DNA of 64,000 nt, from contig JAXSNR010000001.1 of the NCBI GenBank assembly GCA_037925075.1, forward strand, positions 96,001 to 160,000, written 5' to 3'. The translations under genes and the position numbers were made by a program. Source of the stretch: Aquificaceae bacterium. Its GTDB lineage: Bacteria > Aquificota > Aquificia > Aquificales > Aquificaceae. The notes beneath the pieces were generated by a model. The model did not search any database. It was not told the DNA's origin and saw only the letters and a list, made by a program, of their open reading frames with translations. Shown here one piece after another: positions 59,929 to 64,000 of the stretch (the stretch's first letter is position 1; each line of letters starts with the position of its first letter).

Positions 59929-61929
59929 ATGGCAGGGGATACCTTTGTTCAAAGGTTAAGGAAGATTTATGCTATTTACACAGGTGCCTTTTTGGCCTTT
60001 GTAATCATTCTGGGTATAGGAGAAAAACTTGGTTTACCAAGCGCATACATAGGCTATGCCTTCATGTTTGGTACTATAGCGGTATACGCCACCATTGGGA
60101 TAATTTCCAGAACCGGTCAGTTGGCGGAATACTACGTAGCTGGCAGGCGTGTGCCAGCCATCTTTAACGGTATGGCAACCGCGGCGGATTGGATGTCTGC
60201 GGCGTCCTTCATAGGAATGGCAGGAGCACTCTATCTTCAAGGATATGATGGATTGGCTTACATTATGGGATGGACTGGTGGTTATGTCCTTCTGGCAGTT
60301 CTTATAGCACCATATCTGCGGAAATTCGGCAAATATACCATACCAGACTTTCTGGAAGAAAGGTATGGTGGTAAACTACCAAGAATAATAGGTATAATAG
60401 CAGCCATAATTACATCCTTTACATACCTAACTGCTCAGGTTACCGGTGTAGGTATAATAACAAGTAGATTTTTGGGCTTACCCTTTGAAATCGGAGTATT
60501 CCTTGGTCTTGCTGGTATACTGGTCTGTTCCTTTCTTGGTGGTATGAGGGCGGTTACTTGGACACAAGTTGCCCAATATATAGTTTTGATAGTCGCATAC
60601 ATGATTCCAGTAGTAGCCATATCCTACAAACACACAGGAGTACCAATTCCACAAATAATGTACGGTCAGGCTCTACAAACTATAGAGCAAAAACAGGCAC
60701 AACTAAAGGAGGACCCAAAAGAAATAGAAGTAAGGGAGATCTGGAAGAAGAAGGCTAAGGAGATTGATGAGAAGATAAAGGCACTGCCCGCAAGTTGGGA
60801 ACAAGGCAAGAAGGAGCTTGAACAAAAACTTGCAAGCCTATCACCGGAAGACCCCAAAAGGGCAGAAGTAGAAAAGGCTCTTAAGGAGTATCCCAAAACA
60901 CCAGCAGAGGCAAAGGAAAAGTGGACTAACGCTAAAAAGCAGGCCGAAGCCATGTCCAAACCTCCAAAATCTTATGTGCAGACACCTCAAAAGCCCATAG
61001 ATATGGTCAACTTCCTTGCCCTTACCTTCTGTCTTATGGTAGGCACTGCGGGCTTGCCACACATACTTATGAGGTTCTACACCACACCTACAGTGAGAGA
61101 AGCGCGAACCTCAGCAGGTTGGGCACTCTTCTTTATATTCCTCCTTTACTTTACAGCACCCGCCTACGCAGCCTTTGCAAGAAGTGAAGTGCTACAAAAT
61201 CTTGTAGGAAAGGCCTTTGCGGATATGCCTGCTTGGGTTCAAAAGTGGGCTGGTGTGGGGCTTGTCAAAATCCAAGACATTAACGGAGACGGTATAATAC
61301 AGTTTGCGGAAATTATCATACAGGCGGATATGGTTGTTTTGGCAACACCAGAGATAGCTGGACTTCCTTATGTGGTGGCTGGACTTGTTGCCGCTGGTGG
61401 TCTTGCGGCTGCCCTCTCCACCGCAGATGGCCTTCTGATAACCATATCCAATGCCATATCACATGACCTTTACTACAAGATAATCAATCCAAACCTTTCT
61501 CCTTCAACAAGGGTGAAGATAGGTAAAGCTCTTCTCCTTGTTGTAGCCCTCATAGGTGCTTATGTGGCCAGCTTCAGACTTGCCATAATAGTTGAGCTCG
61601 TGGCATGGGCTTTCTCTTTGGCTGCCGCGTCCTTCTTCCCAACTCTGGTGCTGGGCATATGGGACAAAAGGATGAATAAGGCTGGTGCTGTTGCCGGTAT
61701 GGTTGTAGGACTTGGACTAACCCTCTTCTACATGATAGGAAGTAGGTTTTTCGGACTTGACTGGTTTGGTATAAAAACCATAGCCTCGGGTATATTTGGC
61801 ATACCTGCAAACTTCTTAGTGGCACTCATAGTCTCCAGACTTACACCACCACCTCCAAAGGAGATTCAGGAATTTGTGGACAACATTCGCTATCCAAAAG
61901 GTGCGGTAAAGGCTGGAGCAGAAGAGTAA
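59929..61929 (+). CDS. actP: ActP-like cation/acetate symporter (SSS family, VC_2705 type)
   Basis: YYVAGR, NGMATAADWMSAASF, GTAGLPHILMRF, AALSTADGLL. Confidence 0.9.
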   Translation: MAGDTFVQRLRKIYAIYTGAFLAFVIILGIGEKLGLPSAYIGYAFMFGTIAVYATIGIISRTGQLAEYYVAGRRVPAIFNGMATAADWMSAASFIGMAGALYLQGYDGLAYIMGWTGGYVLLAVLIAPYLRKFGKYTIPDFLEERYGGKLPRIIGIIAAIITSFTYLTAQVTGVGIITSRFLGLPFEIGVFLGLAGILVCSFLGGMRAVTWTQVAQYIVLIVAYMIPVVAISYKHTGVPIPQIMYGQALQTIEQKQAQLKEDPKEIEVREIWKKKAKEIDEKIKALPASWEQGKKELEQKLASLSPEDPKRAEVEKALKEYPKTPAEAKEKWTNAKKQAEAMSKPPKSYVQTPQKPIDMVNFLALTFCLMVGTAGLPHILMRFYTTPTVREARTSAGWALFFIFLLYFTAPAYAAFARSEVLQNLVGKAFADMPAWVQKWAGVGLVKIQDINGDGIIQFAEIIIQADMVVLATPEIAGLPYVVAGLVAAGGLAAALSTADGLLITISNAISHDLYYKIINPNLSPSTRVKIGKALLLVVALIGAYVASFRLAIIVELVAWAFSLAAASFFPTLVLGIWDKRMNKAGAVAGMVVGLGLTLFYMIGSRFFGLDWFGIKTIASGIFGIPANFLVALIVSRLTPPPPKEIQEFVDNIRYPKGAVKAGAEE

Positions 61930-62156
61930 TGGAGCAAATTCTTAACTACACCCTTGCCTTTTACATGTGGCTCGTCATAGGGCGGGCCGCCCTTTCCTTC
62001 TTTACCACAGACAGAAAAAACTTCTTCTACAACATGCTTTACTTGCCCACAGAACCCGCCTATAGACTCTACAGAAGACTTTTACCTTGCTGTCATACAC
62101 TTGCCATAGTTTTAAGTCTGTTGCTTTTGAGGTTTGCGGTTGTAAAATTGTTTTGA
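61929..62156 (+). CDS. small membrane protein (YggT-like)
   Basis: Y.WL.IGRA.LSF...N.FY..L...TEP.Y. Confidence 0.65.
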   Translation: MEQILNYTLAFYMWLVIGRAALSFFTTDRKNFFYNMLYLPTEPAYRLYRRLLPCCHTLAIVLSLLLLRFAVVKLF

Positions 62157-64000
62157 TGCTAGACGCAGAAAGATTTCTTTCGGAAATAGAACCCTTTAGT
62201 TTCCTTGACAAAAAAGAGATAAGAAGCGTAGCCCATAATCTTCTCGTAGAGTATTACAAAAAGGGTGAGGTTATCTTTAAAGAGGGCTCTAAGCCTCTTG
62301 AATTTCTCTACATACTTAGGAGTGGTAGCCTCTTGCTTGAGAGATACGGAGAGCCTGTGGAATACCTTCATGAGGGAGAATCCTTTGGGTATGTGTCCCT
62401 TATGACTTCAGGCCCACCCACTTCCACCGCAAAAGCCATAGAGGACAGCGTTGTTTTTTTGATGAACAAAAAGCTATTCAACAATCTAATAAGCACTCAC
62501 GAGGGATTTAGAGAGTATTTTACAAGGAAGTTGGCAAAAAGGTTGCTTACAAGCTCAAAAAAGGTTGCATCTTCCACGGTAGAAAGGCATATGGAATTAA
62601 GGCTTGAGGACATAAACCTCAGGCCACCACTGACCTTGGAGGGCTTTCTTTCCGTTGAAGAGGCTGTAAAGGTCATGGTTTCAAAGGACAGCACTTATGC
62701 ATTAGTAAGGCTTCCAGAAGGTTTGGGTATTGTCACCGAAAGAGATATTCTAAAGCGGGTTTTAGCAAAAGGTTTGAAGCCAGAAGATGTGAAATTGGCG
62801 GATATAGCCACATTTCCAGTGGTGTCTATAGAAAGTGGTAGCACCCTGTACGATGCGATGGTGCTTATGGCAAGGCATGGTATAAGAAAGATTTTAGTAG
62901 CCAAGGATAATAAACCCCTTGGCATTCTTGAAGACAAGGACATAATAGCCTACGAGAGCAAAAACGCCGTTTTCCTAATAAAGGAGATAGACAAGGCAAA
63001 GACCGTAGAAGACCTTAGATATCTTTACAATCTTGTAAAGGAGCAGGTGGTGGAGCTTGTGCTTCATGGCACAGACCCAGAAAAGCTTGGAGAATACATA
63101 TCGGAGATAAACGACCGCTTTATGAAAAGGGCGGTTTATATAGCCTTAAACAGGCTGGGAGAAGAGCCTTTAGTACCCTTTAGCATAATGGTGCTCGGAA
63201 GCGAAGGAAGAAGGGAACAAAGCCTAAAAACAGACCAAGATAATGCCCTCATATACCAAGACTACCCTATGCTTGACTTTGAGCCAAGGGCTTACTTTGA
63301 AAGATTTTCAAAGACATACGTAGATGTACTTCTTGAGATAGGCTTTCCTCCTTGCCTCGGTAATGTGATGGTTTCAAACCCTTTCTGGAGAAGATCAGCA
63401 AAAGAATGGGAGCAGGCGGTTTCTGACTGGATAGAAAAGCCAAAACCTGAAAACATCCTTAACATTGCCATCTTCTTTGATTTCAGAAACGTCTTCGGAG
63501 ACCAGACTTTGGTGCAAAGGCTTTGGGAACATGTAAGAAGGAGCATAGAGAAAAACCCGGGCTTTATCCCCTTTCTTGCGGTAGATGCGGTAAGGTTCAA
63601 GCCTCCCCTTGGGTTTTTCAAAAACTTCGTGGTAGAAGACAGTGGAGAACACAAGGGTGAGATAGACATAAAGAAGGGTGGCATATTCCCCATAACTCAA
63701 GGTGTTCGGGCTCTTGCCTTGGAGTCGGGAATAACTCAACAGAACACCTTTGAACGCATAGAAGAGTTGGGCAAGTTGGGTATACTCTCTCAAGATTACG
63801 CAAAGGACCTTAAAGAAGCCTACAGATTTCTTCTTGCCCTTAGGTTTAAATTCCAAGCACAGAAACTAAAAGAAGGAAAAGATCCAGACAACTACATAAA
63901 CCCCGAAAAACTCTCAAGGGCGGAGAAAGGGACTCTAAAGGACGCTTTTAGGGTGATAAAGGAATTTCAGGAGTTTCTTTATGACAGGTACAATCTGAGG
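62156..64000 (+). CDS. cNMP-CBS-DUF294 nucleotidyltransferase-like signal protein (3' truncated)
   Basis: Hand-translated from ATG 62156: MLDAERFLSEIEPF..YYKKGEVIFKEG (cNMP), GIVTERDI (CBS), MVLGSEGRREQSLKTDQDNAL, DIKKGGIFP; absent from the ORF track because it has no stop in the window. Confidence 0.9.
   Translation, partial: MLDAERFLSEIEPFSFLDKKEIRSVAHNLLVEYYKKGEVIFKEGSKPLEFLYILRSGSLLLERYGEPVEYLHEGESFGYVSLMTSGPPTSTAKAIEDSVVFLMNKKLFNNLISTHEGFREYFTRKLAKRLLTSSKKVASSTVERHMELRLEDINLRPPLTLEGFLSVEEAVKVMVSKDSTYALVRLPEGLGIVTERDILKRVLAKGLKPEDVKLADIATFPVVSIESGSTLYDAMVLMARHGIRKILVAKDNKPLGILEDKDIIAYESKNAVFLIKEIDKAKTVEDLRYLYNLVKEQVVELVLHGTDPEKLGEYISEINDRFMKRAVYIALNRLGEEPLVPFSIMVLGSEGRREQSLKTDQDNALIYQDYPMLDFEPRAYFERFSKTYVDVLLEIGFPPCLGNVMVSNPFWRRSAKEWEQAVSDWIEKPKPENILNIAIFFDFRNVFGDQTLVQRLWEHVRRSIEKNPGFIPFLAVDAVRFKPPLGFFKNFVVEDSGEHKGEIDIKKGGIFPITQGVRALALESGITQQNTFERIEELGKLGILSQDYAKDLKEAYRFLLALRFKFQAQKLKEGKDPDNYINPEKLSRAEKGTLKDAFRVIKEFQEFLYDRYNLR

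Noticed and set aside
62159..63856. Minus-strand ORFs in the last 2 kb
   Set aside because: Region is explained by the plus-strand DUF294 gene that runs off the window

Overview
Gene-dense chromosomal segment from a thermophilic Aquificaceae bacterium (Hydrogenobacter/Thermocrinis-like; IscU, the CC-adding enzyme and HARP closely resemble the Aquifex aeolicus proteins as I recall them, not confirmed by search). In order it holds: an Omp85 gene end, an A2-type cytochrome c oxidase operon, a pentaheme cytochrome, tRNA-Phe, MnmD, a MacAB/Lol-like ABC exporter, a periplasmic NXR-like nitrate reductase (alpha/beta/gamma/chaperone), and a convergent Rnl3-type RNA ligase plus protein-only RNase P (HARP) pair. 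Next come an IscU/PP-loop/TusA/Nfu operon, murB-ddl-ftsQAZ, a Cus-type efflux operon, pstSCAB, an AT-rich three-gene insert, the CC-adding enzyme, coaX, thrB, an atypical P1B-ATPase operon, a deacetylase/PHP-GT4/GT4 operon, thiC, M23-bactofilin and an acs/ActP/DUF294 acetate module. The most striking unannotated signal is a set of four near-identical promoters (CTTAAC repeats at an 11-bp period, exactly 10 bp upstream of a -10 box). They sit in front of pstSCAB, the glycosyltransferase operon, a 68-aa orphan and the non-canonical P1B-ATPase/SCP2 operon, and suggest a phosphate-starvation membrane-remodelling regulon. No CRISPR array, rRNA or intact mobile element was seen.
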